Assembly: GCA_041288095.1 (NCBI GenBank)
Contig: JBGGMJ010000098.1
Location: 1-20,720 of the forward strand
From: Myxococcota bacterium
Lineage (GTDB): Bacteria; Myxococcota; XYA12-FULL-58-9; JALHOP01
Length of the DNA stretch: 20,720 nucleotides
Reading direction: 5' to 3'
A model generated the notes under the pieces. It saw only the letters and a list, made by a program, of their open reading frames with translations, was not told the origin of the DNA and did not search any database. A program made the position numbers and the translations under genes. Every line of letters begins with the position of its first letter. Within the stretch, counting starts at the first letter, position 1. Shown here piece by piece: positions 1 through 8,600 of this stretch.

Positions 1-3000
1 CCCATCGTTCAGGCGCAACATCGTCCAGGCGATCCCCCCGTCCGACCCGCGACCACCGAAGGCGAGCGCCCGAAAGGTCCCGGCGATGCCACGCCACGGC
101 AAGCCGTCATCCCCGGTGGGGCTGGACCAAACCGTGGCGATCCCGCGACGACCCTGCCGCCACACGTGGTCACCGCTCTGCGCCAGCAGTTCGGCGCGCA
201 GCTCGATCGGCTGCCGCCCGCCGAGCTCGCCGCCTTCGCGCGCGCATACAACGGCTTCACGGCCGCCGGTACCGAGCGCCGCGACGCCGCGCCTTTCCTA
301 CAGGCCTTCGGACGCGCTCTCGTCGCCGACCGGCGCCGCATGGTCGGTGAGATGGCCGCGAATCCCACCGAGCAACTCGCGCGTCTCGCGCCGGCGCTCG
401 AGCGCCAGGCCGGTCTCATGCGTATCGCCGAGGCCGCCGATTTCGTCCATCGCGACGGTGATCGAGCGTTTACGGTGATGCGCAATAGCGTACTCACGAA
501 TCCGGCGACCGTCGAACGGGCGCGGCTCATCACCCGCGAGCAGCTCAACACGCCCGAGGGTTGGCGCGCATTTCGCGCGCTCTACGGCGAAGCAGCCGGG
601 CCGTACGCGTTGAACGTCGCGTCTCTCAATCGCAACCCCTCACACCCACGCTTCGTGATAGCTCGCTTCGACGCGGCGATGGCGGAGCTGACACGGCCGG
701 GCGCCGACGGCACGGCTCCGCTGCAACGCGCCAGCCCGCAAGACATCGCCACCGCCGCGACGCGCAACTTGGTCGCTCTTGGCCGCGAGCATCCGCAGCT
801 CCAGGCGTTCACCGCCGCCCAGGTGCGCGACATGGCCGACGGCATGCGGCCGCCGGGCACGGAGCAGCGCTTCACCATGGCGGCCGGCGATCCGCCGACG
901 TTGCGGCAGGAGATTACCGGTCCCAACGGTCTCGATTTGATGGCGCCGGCCGAGGGCTCGCCCGCCTTCACCGCTTACCGCGAGCACGTTCGCGCCACGC
1001 TCGGCAACGCCAACGTTCCGGTCGACAACTCGCAATACTACTCCGGTATCTTGATGCGGCCGCCGGTTGCCGAGCGCACGTCCGCTTTAGCGGTGTTTCG
1101 CGCCGGCGTCCAGTCGACGAACGCCGGCCTCGCGGTCGCCGAGGAGCGCCTGCGCACCAACACGATGAGCGCGTCCGACCTTCTGCCGCTGGCGCGTCAG
1201 GTCCAGGGGCACCTCGCGCTCGAGGCGGCGGGCACCACGGGCGGCGAGCCCAACCCGGCGCTCGTGCCCGCGGTGATGGACCTCGGCACCGAGATCCGGC
1301 GCGCCGAGGAGCAAGCGCAACGCGAGCGCAACGTGCGCTTGGGAACCGCGGCGGTCGGCGTGGTCACCGGGGTCGGCCTGCTGGCTTCCGGTCCCCTCGG
1401 CTGGGGGGTCGGCCTCACTACGGCTCTGGCGGTCGGTGCCGGAGCGTCGGCGGTGGCCACCATCGCGCTCGACAGCAATGAGTTCGCGACGCGTCTGCGC
1501 GCCGGCGGCCTCGATCACGCCGGCCTCGTGCTGAGTGCCATCGAGCGTGAGAGCATCGCGGGCTTCGCAGGGAGCACTGTCTTGAACGCCGCGGGCGCGC
1601 TCTCCGGCATTCCGTCCGTGCTCACCGCGCAACGCTTGGTCTACGCCCGCAACCTCACCACCGCCATGCGTACCGAGGGTGAGGCGCCACGCGCCGCGGC
1701 CATCACGGAGTTCCTGCACAGCAACAAGATCATGACGCGCGAGGCGTGGACGGCGCTCGCGCCCGAACGGCAGATGACGGCGCTGCGCCTCATGGAGCGC
1801 TTCGGCTCCGAGGTCAGCCCCCAGGCCATGCAGGCGATCTTGCGCTTCGGCGCGGTCGAGGCCGAGATCAGCAACGCCTCCGGCGCCGTCTCCAACGTCG
1901 ACCACATGTACGCCGCCTATGTGGAGATGAACCGCGCCGAGGCCATCGCCCGCGGCCGGTCACTCACCGAGCGCGAGCGCATCTTGAACGCGGTGGCCAC
2001 GGTCGGCACCGACGCACAGGGCAAGTTCGGTCACGCGAGTCTCCCGATCATTCCGACTCGCGTCGGCGACCGAGTGCTGCGCACTCCCGCGGAGCACCTC
2101 CAAGAGGTGCGCCGCCGCGCCGTCGATGACGCCTTCGCGGGGCTCGAGAACGCTCAGGGCGTCGACCAGGCGGTGCTGCGCGGCTATCGCGATCGCTTCA
2201 TGCGCGATATCGTGCCTATGCAAGACGGCCAGGCTCGCAACGCCGCGCTCGGCAGCTTGGTGCGCGAGATCGAGGCGGGCAATCCACAAGCGGCGCAATG
2301 GGTTCGCCGGCATCTCTCCGACACGGAGCTCCTCGCGCGGCTGTCGCCGTTCACCGAAGGCGCGTACATCCACAACGTCGTCGACCCCGGACGCATCTTC
2401 ACCATGGGACGCGCCGCGGGCTTGAGTGAAGCCGAGTCCGCTGAAGCGGCCTATCGCGCGACCATGCACGGGTTCGGCAACGCCTTCGTCGCCAGCGCCT
2501 ATCCGGGCATGCCCACCTTCGCGAGCGTCATGCGGCCCGGCACCAGCACGCGTTTATTCAGCGACACCCAGCTCCGCAGCCTGCAAGACGTCGGCGAGGC
2601 CTCACTCGCCTGGAATCAGCGCATCGAGGTGCCACCCCATCTCGCGGCGCGCTGGAACTTACCCACCGACCCACCCCCGCGCGGCGCCCGTCAGATCTTC
2701 TCCTCCGCCCTGCGCGCCAACGGCGGCGAGCTCCCGCCCGGCATGGACGATTGGCTCATCGCTCAAGGGCGCGTTTTCGTGGACGCGCGCCGTCGGGCGG
2801 GTCTCGGCGCCGGCGCAACCAACGCCGATAACCTCGGAAATTTCGTGGCCGAAGGCATGCGCAAGTGGGCCGGCATCTTCGGCGTGAATCCGGGCACGCC
2901 CGCGGCCCAACGCACGGTCGGTCATCAAGTGCTGCGCATGATGTCCGGGTTGAACGGTTACGCCATCGAGGAGCGAGCCATCGGCAACCTCGTCCGCTTC

Positions 3001-3423
3001 GACCATAACTTCGGCGGTCCGGCGAGGCGCGTCGGGCTCTATCTTCCGGAAAATTCGTCGACCTACCGCTGGGTCATGCGCGAGCAGGAAGGCCGCATCG
3101 TGCTCGCGGATCTTCCCGAGGCGGGCAGGGCGCGCCAGATGGCGCTCGAAGCCCGGCGCTCGTCCGCCGACGCCATCCGTCAACGCTTCCCGGGCATGCG
3201 GGGCAGCGACGATGCGGTGCTGACCGCGTTCTACGGACAGTCACAAGAGAACGCCGCGGCGCTGGCGCTGGCGGAGCTCGCCGAGGGCACGTTGCCGGCC
3301 GCCTTCAGCTCGGCGGCGGCCCTGCGCAATGCTCGCAATTTCGACCCGCGCCTCCAGATGATCACCCAGATGATCCTGTACCAGCAGGGCATCGGGCAGG
3401 GCGTGCGTTTGTACGACCGCTAG
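1..3423 (+). CDS. Large hypothetical protein (5'-partial, >1140 aa); candidate secreted effector/toxin with a hydrophobic hairpin and a possible HD-like domain
   Basis: Frame 1 is open from base 1 (PIVQAQHRPGDPPVRPATTEGERPKGPG...), so the GTG at 166 is probably internal. GC3-rich codon usage; TAG at 3421-3423. Pro-rich N-terminal part, coiled-coil-like EIRRAEEQAQRERNVR, then a Gly/Ala-rich hydrophobic stretch at 1339-1470. The CDS is well supported; the function is inferred. Confidence 0.8.
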   Translation, partial: PIVQAQHRPGDPPVRPATTEGERPKGPGDATPRQAVIPGGAGPNRGDPATTLPPHVVTALRQQFGAQLDRLPPAELAAFARAYNGFTAAGTERRDAAPFLQAFGRALVADRRRMVGEMAANPTEQLARLAPALERQAGLMRIAEAADFVHRDGDRAFTVMRNSVLTNPATVERARLITREQLNTPEGWRAFRALYGEAAGPYALNVASLNRNPSHPRFVIARFDAAMAELTRPGADGTAPLQRASPQDIATAATRNLVALGREHPQLQAFTAAQVRDMADGMRPPGTEQRFTMAAGDPPTLRQEITGPNGLDLMAPAEGSPAFTAYREHVRATLGNANVPVDNSQYYSGILMRPPVAERTSALAVFRAGVQSTNAGLAVAEERLRTNTMSASDLLPLARQVQGHLALEAAGTTGGEPNPALVPAVMDLGTEIRRAEEQAQRERNVRLGTAAVGVVTGVGLLASGPLGWGVGLTTALAVGAGASAVATIALDSNEFATRLRAGGLDHAGLVLSAIERESIAGFAGSTVLNAAGALSGIPSVLTAQRLVYARNLTTAMRTEGEAPRAAAITEFLHSNKIMTREAWTALAPERQMTALRLMERFGSEVSPQAMQAILRFGAVEAEISNASGAVSNVDHMYAAYVEMNRAEAIARGRSLTERERILNAVATVGTDAQGKFGHASLPIIPTRVGDRVLRTPAEHLQEVRRRAVDDAFAGLENAQGVDQAVLRGYRDRFMRDIVPMQDGQARNAALGSLVREIEAGNPQAAQWVRRHLSDTELLARLSPFTEGAYIHNVVDPGRIFTMGRAAGLSEAESAEAAYRATMHGFGNAFVASAYPGMPTFASVMRPGTSTRLFSDTQLRSLQDVGEASLAWNQRIEVPPHLAARWNLPTDPPPRGARQIFSSALRANGGELPPGMDDWLIAQGRVFVDARRRAGLGAGATNADNLGNFVAEGMRKWAGIFGVNPGTPAAQRTVGHQVLRMMSGLNGYAIEERAIGNLVRFDHNFGGPARRVGLYLPENSSTYRWVMREQEGRIVLADLPEAGRARQMALEARRSSADAIRQRFPGMRGSDDAVLTAFYGQSQENAAALALAELAEGTLPAAFSSAAALRNARNFDPRLQMITQMILYQQGIGQGVRLYDR

Positions 3424-3441
3424 TGATAATAGGGCGCCGCA

Positions 3442-4440
3442 GTGAGCACGTCCCGCGGCAGTCCGGATCTCGTCAGCGTCGTCGAAGCGGCCTATCGCGT
3501 CGATGCCCCCAACCATGCGTGGCTCACCGGGCTGGTCGATGCCATCCGGCCGGCGCTCGATGACGGGCTCGGGATGTTCGCCTACCTCTATGACACCTTG
3601 GAGCGCCCCTTCCGCGTGCACGATCTCATGCACGACACGCCGGTCGACGCGACCGGAGTCGCGATGCTCACCGCCGAGGTGAACGACGAATACGTGCGCA
3701 AGTCGTGGCGCGCGCCGAGCGTCGCCATGGCGAGCGAGACCGAGGGGTTCAGCGAGCATCCCGCGGTGCAGGGGGTCTTTTTCCCGGTCGGCATCCACGA
3801 TGTCTTCGCCATCAACGCGCGCGACGATGTCGGAGTGGGTGCCTGGATCGGCGCTCCGCGGCGCAAGCTCATGGTCATGAACGAAGACGTGCGGGCACGC
3901 TGGACGCGTGTTGCCGCGCACGTGCGGGCGGCTCTGCGGCTGCGCATGCGTCTCGGCAAAGCGAGCGACAGCGACAGCGACGGCGCTAAGGCCGAGGCGG
4001 TGTTGCGTCCCGACGGTAAAATCGAGCACCTCGAGGGTGATGCCTCGTCCGCTAAAGCGGCATTGCGGGAAGCGGTCCTCGGCATGCGCCGAGCAAGGGG
4101 CGAGCTCCGCGGTGATCCCGACCGCGCGTTGCCGTCGTGGCGGGCGCTCGTCAAGGCGCGCTGGTCTCTGATCGACGACTTCGAAACCGGCGGCGAGCAC
4201 TTCATCGTCGCCCGCGCCAACAGCGTCTCTTCGAGCGGACTGGGCTTGTTGTCGGCGCGCGAGGCGCAAGTGGTCGCGTGCCTCGCCAACGGGCTTTCCA
4301 ACAAGGAGACGGCGTACGAGCTCGGCATCTCCGACTCGACGGTGCGCGTCTTGGTCGTGCGCGCCAGCCAGAAGCTCAAGGTGAGCGGTCGCGACGCCTT
4401 GATCGCCGCTTACCGTGCCGAGTCCGTCAAAGGCGGTTAA
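3442..4440 (+). CDS. LuxR/GerE-family helix-turn-helix transcriptional regulator with an N-terminal sensor-like domain
   Basis: C-terminal LSAREAQVVACLANGLSNKETAYELGISDSTVRVLVVRASQKL matches the LuxR HTH pattern. The N-terminal region of about 170 aa is not a receiver domain and looks GAF/autoinducer-binding-like. GTG start 18 nt after the upstream stop. Confidence 0.9.
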   Translation: MSTSRGSPDLVSVVEAAYRVDAPNHAWLTGLVDAIRPALDDGLGMFAYLYDTLERPFRVHDLMHDTPVDATGVAMLTAEVNDEYVRKSWRAPSVAMASETEGFSEHPAVQGVFFPVGIHDVFAINARDDVGVGAWIGAPRRKLMVMNEDVRARWTRVAAHVRAALRLRMRLGKASDSDSDGAKAEAVLRPDGKIEHLEGDASSAKAALREAVLGMRRARGELRGDPDRALPSWRALVKARWSLIDDFETGGEHFIVARANSVSSSGLGLLSAREAQVVACLANGLSNKETAYELGISDSTVRVLVVRASQKLKVSGRDALIAAYRAESVKGG

Positions 4441-4452
4441 GGTCTTGCTCGC

Positions 4453-4980
4453 ATGATTGCCAAGCGCGACGAGCCACGCCTGACCGCCGCCGAGTTCTTC
4501 GACGGCGTCGCCGAGATGCGCGTGTACCTCGACCGCAACAAGGCGCAGCGTGGTCGTGAGCAGCTCACGCGCATGGCCTTCGAGCTCACGCGCTCGCGCT
4601 CGGCCGAGGCGCTCGCCAAGTGGTTGTGCGAGGCGACAGCGCAGGCGCTCGAGGCGCGCGCCGTGGCCCTGGTGCTCAAGCGCGCCGGCTCGTTCGTGCG
4701 GCAAGCGGGCCACGGAGTGGTGCAACGGCAGCCCGGCGACGCGGAGCTCAACGCGGCCATCGAGAGTGCGGCGGCGCAACACCTGCTGCTGCCCAAGCGC
4801 GGCGGCTCGCTGGCGGCGCTGGTTGGCAGCGACCGGCCGATTGGCGCCATGTGGATCGAGCACGAAGCGCCGCTCGACCCGGGGCTCACGCCGCTGCTGC
4901 TCGCGGTCGTCGACGCCGGCGCCATGGCTCTCGAGGCCATGTTGCTCCGACCCGCGTTCGTACTCGAGCGCCAGGGCTAG
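4453..4980 (+). CDS. Small stand-alone GAF-like domain protein
   Basis: Pattern typical of GAF folds: helix (LTRSRSAEALAKWLCEATAQALEA), strand (RAVALVL), then GSDRPIGAMWIE and a terminal helix LLLAVVDAGAMALE. Starts 12 nt after the LuxR stop. Confidence 0.65.
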   Translation: MIAKRDEPRLTAAEFFDGVAEMRVYLDRNKAQRGREQLTRMAFELTRSRSAEALAKWLCEATAQALEARAVALVLKRAGSFVRQAGHGVVQRQPGDAELNAAIESAAAQHLLLPKRGGSLAALVGSDRPIGAMWIEHEAPLDPGLTPLLLAVVDAGAMALEAMLLRPAFVLERQG

Positions 4981-5055
4981 CCTTTCGCCGGCGCCTAACC
5001 GTGTCGGTAGATGGCTGGGTATGTGTGGTGTTGAGCGCAACCGGAGGTTCCCACC

Positions 5056-5244
5056 ATGACCCAAGGTGCTTCCTCGATTAGTCAGCCAGCGATCTCGGGC
5101 TCGAACAGCTCGGGGCGTATTGCCGAAAATAACGGTCATCAGGGACAGCAAGGCCAGCTGCCGAAGTTCGACGGCCAGAACAAGGAGATGGGTAACGTCG
5201 GCCAAGGGCAGGCGAGTACCCTGAACGCTTGCTGCGGCGCCTAA
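5056..5244 (+). CDS. 62-aa G/Q/S/N-rich peptide ending in ACCGA
   Basis: Strong SD GGAGG at 5043-5047, 8 nt before the ATG. Its TAA (5242-5244) overlaps the next ATG (TAATG). It fills an otherwise empty gap on the co-oriented strand. Confidence 0.75.
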   Translation: MTQGASSISQPAISGSNSSGRIAENNGHQGQQGQLPKFDGQNKEMGNVGQGQASTLNACCGA

Positions 5245-5681
5245 TGAGCGCCGGCAACGAGGACAACGCGCGTCTGTTCGCGCTGTTCACGCAGCGCAAC
5301 CCCGACGGCACGCCGCGCTTCAGCAAAGCCGACATCCGGCATTACATGCCGCTCATCGTGTTGAGCACCGGCATCGACATCACCGGGCTATCCGATCTGC
5401 AGAGGGTCATGAGCGAGTTCGTCGCGAAGCTGCAGCTGCCCGCCGACCTCGACTCCGCGACTTTCACGCGCATGGTGCAGACGTACTATCGCAAACACCC
5501 GCCGAACCCGGAGCTCGAGCGGCAGTTCCTGGCGTTTTGCCGGTCGCTCGCGCGCGGCGAGCTCGATGCCGCGAAGGTCCAGACGTACGCCAAAGCGGCC
5601 GGTATCAAGCTCACGGATCAATCGCCGATGAAGGGCATGACGCGCCCCACCGGCGGCATGAGTCTGCGCGCGCGACGCTAA
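5244..5681 (+). CDS. Hypothetical alpha-helical protein (145 aa), translationally coupled to the upstream peptide
   Basis: ATG at 5244 (MSAGNEDNARLF...) overlaps the peptide stop and is preferred over the TTG at 5229. Typical codon usage. Its stop overlaps the convergent omp85 stop. Confidence 0.8.
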   Translation: MSAGNEDNARLFALFTQRNPDGTPRFSKADIRHYMPLIVLSTGIDITGLSDLQRVMSEFVAKLQLPADLDSATFTRMVQTYYRKHPPNPELERQFLAFCRSLARGELDAAKVQTYAKAAGIKLTDQSPMKGMTRPTGGMSLRARR

Positions 5682-8600
5682 AAGACTCCGACCGAGAAGT
5701 GAACCTGCGCCCGCGCTTCGGCGTTCTGCACGCGCCGATCCGGGTTGACGCCGAAGTCCAGCGCCAAAGCTCCGACGGGCGTCGAGTAGCGGATGCCCGC
5801 ACCGGTACCATAGCGCAGCACCACGTCGTCCCAGGACGACGGCTGCGCGAACCAGAGGTTACCCGCGTCCAGGAACAAGCCCACCGAGAAGCGCTCCGAT
5901 AACGGCACCCGCAGCTCGGTCTTGAAGAGCACGTAGGTCTCACCGCCGGGCGAGATCGGCGGCCGCCCGGGCGCGCGAATCACCGTCGACTTGCAGCGCA
6001 ACGCCGCGGCGCTACCGTCGTCGACGACGCAGACATCCTCGGGAATGAGGGTGCGCTCGACGTAGCCGCGCAGGGTGTCGCGACCGCCCATGAAGAAGCG
6101 CTCGTCGATGGGGATCGCTTGGCCGATGTTGCCGATGATGCCGCCGCGCGCGGAGAACGCCAGCACCAGCTTCCACACCGGGAAGTACGCTGTAGCGGTG
6201 CCTTGCACCGTGACGAGACGAACCGGAGCCGGTATCTCGCTCGTCCGTAGATCGCCGATAGCGTAGTACGCTTTGACGTTGCCGTAAAACCCTCGCGTCG
6301 GGTTGAAGGCGTTGTCGCGCCGGTCGTAGGTGATCGACGGCCCAACCTTGAAGGTGCGGCGCGTACCGCGATCGAGACGCAAGCGGTCCGGCCGCAACGA
6401 TTGCACGTCGCCGACGCAATCGGCCTGCGACGGACACTGCAGGTCGGTGTACGAGATCTGTGGCTCGAGCGAGACTGTCCAGCGCTTCCCCGGATAGGTG
6501 TCGATGCCGAAGATGAGCGCCGTCGAGTCGAGCGAATACGAGATGACGTTGGTGCGCTCCTGGACGAGATCCATGCGGAACGACGGCGTCAGCGGCCAGG
6601 CGACGATGCGAGGTGAGTGGATACCGGCGCGCAGCTCGCGCTCGATCTGCTGGAGGGTGCTGAACTGCGCGTAACGGTCGCGCATCAAGTCATCGTACTG
6701 GCCATAGAGGTCGAAGAAGATCTGGCGATTGACCTTGGCGGAGATGGTCGCCGTCGACGCGGTGCCGAAAACGTTGATGTGCGAATACGACACCAGGAGC
6801 CGCGGGCCGTCGGCGGTCGACAAGCCGGGTGAGATCTCGACCGGCTGCCGGTCGCGCTCGACGACGTCGGCGATGAGGTCCTTGGTCTCGCCCGGCTTTT
6901 CTTCGTCGATGAGCTTGACGCGTACGCTGGAGAAGACGCCGAGGGCACCGATGGCGCGCTGGTCCGTCAGGGCCTGCTCGAGACGGTAGACGTCGCCGGG
7001 TCTCAAGGTGATGCGGCTGCGAATCACGCCTTCGCGCGTGTAGCGGTTCCCGCGCACCAAGACGCGGCCAATGCGCACTTGCGGGCCTTCTTCGAAGCGA
7101 TAGGCGACGTCGGCCCACTGGCGATCATCGCTGAGCGTCACGTCCGCGAAGACGCGGGCGTAGACGTAGCCCTTGTCGCGATAGCTGCGCACCGCGGCGA
7201 TGCGCGCGTCTTCGACGCCGGTGCTCGAAAAGGGCGCGCCCGGCCGCATCGGCGCCTGCACGGCGCGGTCTTGCGTCGTCTCGTCCGCGAGCTTCAACAG
7301 CTCCGCCGCCGTCACCGCGTCGTTACCGTTGTAGCCGATGGTGCGGATGAAGGTCTGGATGCCTTCGCGGACCGGGACGGTGACGTGCACGACGTTACCG
7401 GGGTCGAACGACGCCTGCGCCGGGCCGACCTGTGCCGAGAGAAAACCGAGGTTGTTGTAGACGCTGGTGATCTCGTCGAGCGCTTGTTGGTAGAGGTCGG
7501 GGACCCAGCGGTCCGGCGGCGGGGTCTCGGCTTCCGGGCAGGTCTTGGCGTCGCGGCGCACACCTTCGTCCGCGACGTTGCCGAGACATTGCTTGTTGCG
7601 AGTGAGCGCCTCGAACACGCCGTCTTGCGGCACCGCCCTCTCGAGCACGGCCCGCACCTGGGCGACGAGGATCTCCTCTTCGAACGCCGTGGCGCCCGGG
7701 AAGTGGATGTCGACGACGCGGAGTGGCGGTCCCTCCTCGATCACGATGACGTAGCGAATGATGTCGCTATCGCGGTCAGTAAAACCCCTCACCTGCGCGG
7801 TCGTCGAGAAGCGGCCGAGCTTCTTGTAGTGCTCGACTACACGGTCGGCGAGGTCACGCACGTCACGCTCGCGCATCGGATCGTCACTCAGCGGCAAGAG
7901 CTTGCGCAGCTCCACGTCGGTGAACACGGTGTTGCCGCTGAAGTCGATGGCGATGCGCTCGCCGGCGCGCACCGGGAAGACGACCGTCACGCCGTCGGGC
8001 CCGTCCTGGAGCTCGGGGTCGCCGACGATGGCGCGCAGGAAGCCGCGCTGCTTGAGCTCCGAGGTCAAGCGGTCGCGGTCGTCGGCGAGCGTTTTGGCGC
8101 GCACGATGCCGCCCGGCCGCGTGCTGATGAGCTCCAAGAGCGCGAACCAGGGGACGCGGGGCTCGCCGCTGAAGCGGACAGCGGCGGCCCGGCGCGGCGC
8201 GCCTTCGTTCACCGTCACCCGCATCTGCACGGCGACTTCATCCGGCGGGCTGGTGATCACCGCCTCCACCGTGGCGTTGGGATAGCCCTCGTCTTGCAGA
8301 TACGCCTGCGCCCGCTCGCTCACGCGCTCGGTCGCTCGGCCGTCGACCTCGTCACCCTTGCGGAGCTGCAGCGCGTCTCGGAGGCCGTCGGCCGAGACGC
8401 CGTCCGTGCCGACGACGTCGATGTCGGCGAGCCGCTTGATCGGTGTGACCGCGAAGGTGAGCGTGATGACCCCTTGCGAGCGCTGCGCGTAGATATTGAC
8501 GTCGCTGTAGCGGCCCAGGGCGTAGATGCGTTTCACCGCCGTCTGTACGTCGACCGCCGCCAAGAGATAGCCGGGCTCGATCTCGACGAGGGTGCGCAGC

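Noticed and set aside
3963..3980. AGCGAC x3 microrepeat as a phase-variation tract
   Set aside because: In-frame hexamer with only three copies, encoding an SDSDSD linker.
3241..5205. 654-aa minus-strand ORF
   Set aside because: Antisense shadow of the LuxR, GAF and peptide genes; Arg/Ala-rich with no motifs, as expected in high-GC DNA.
5056..5244. Peptide as a T3SS needle subunit or pilin
   Set aside because: No amphipathic helical hairpin, no hydrophobic pilin N-terminus and no prepilin cleavage motif.
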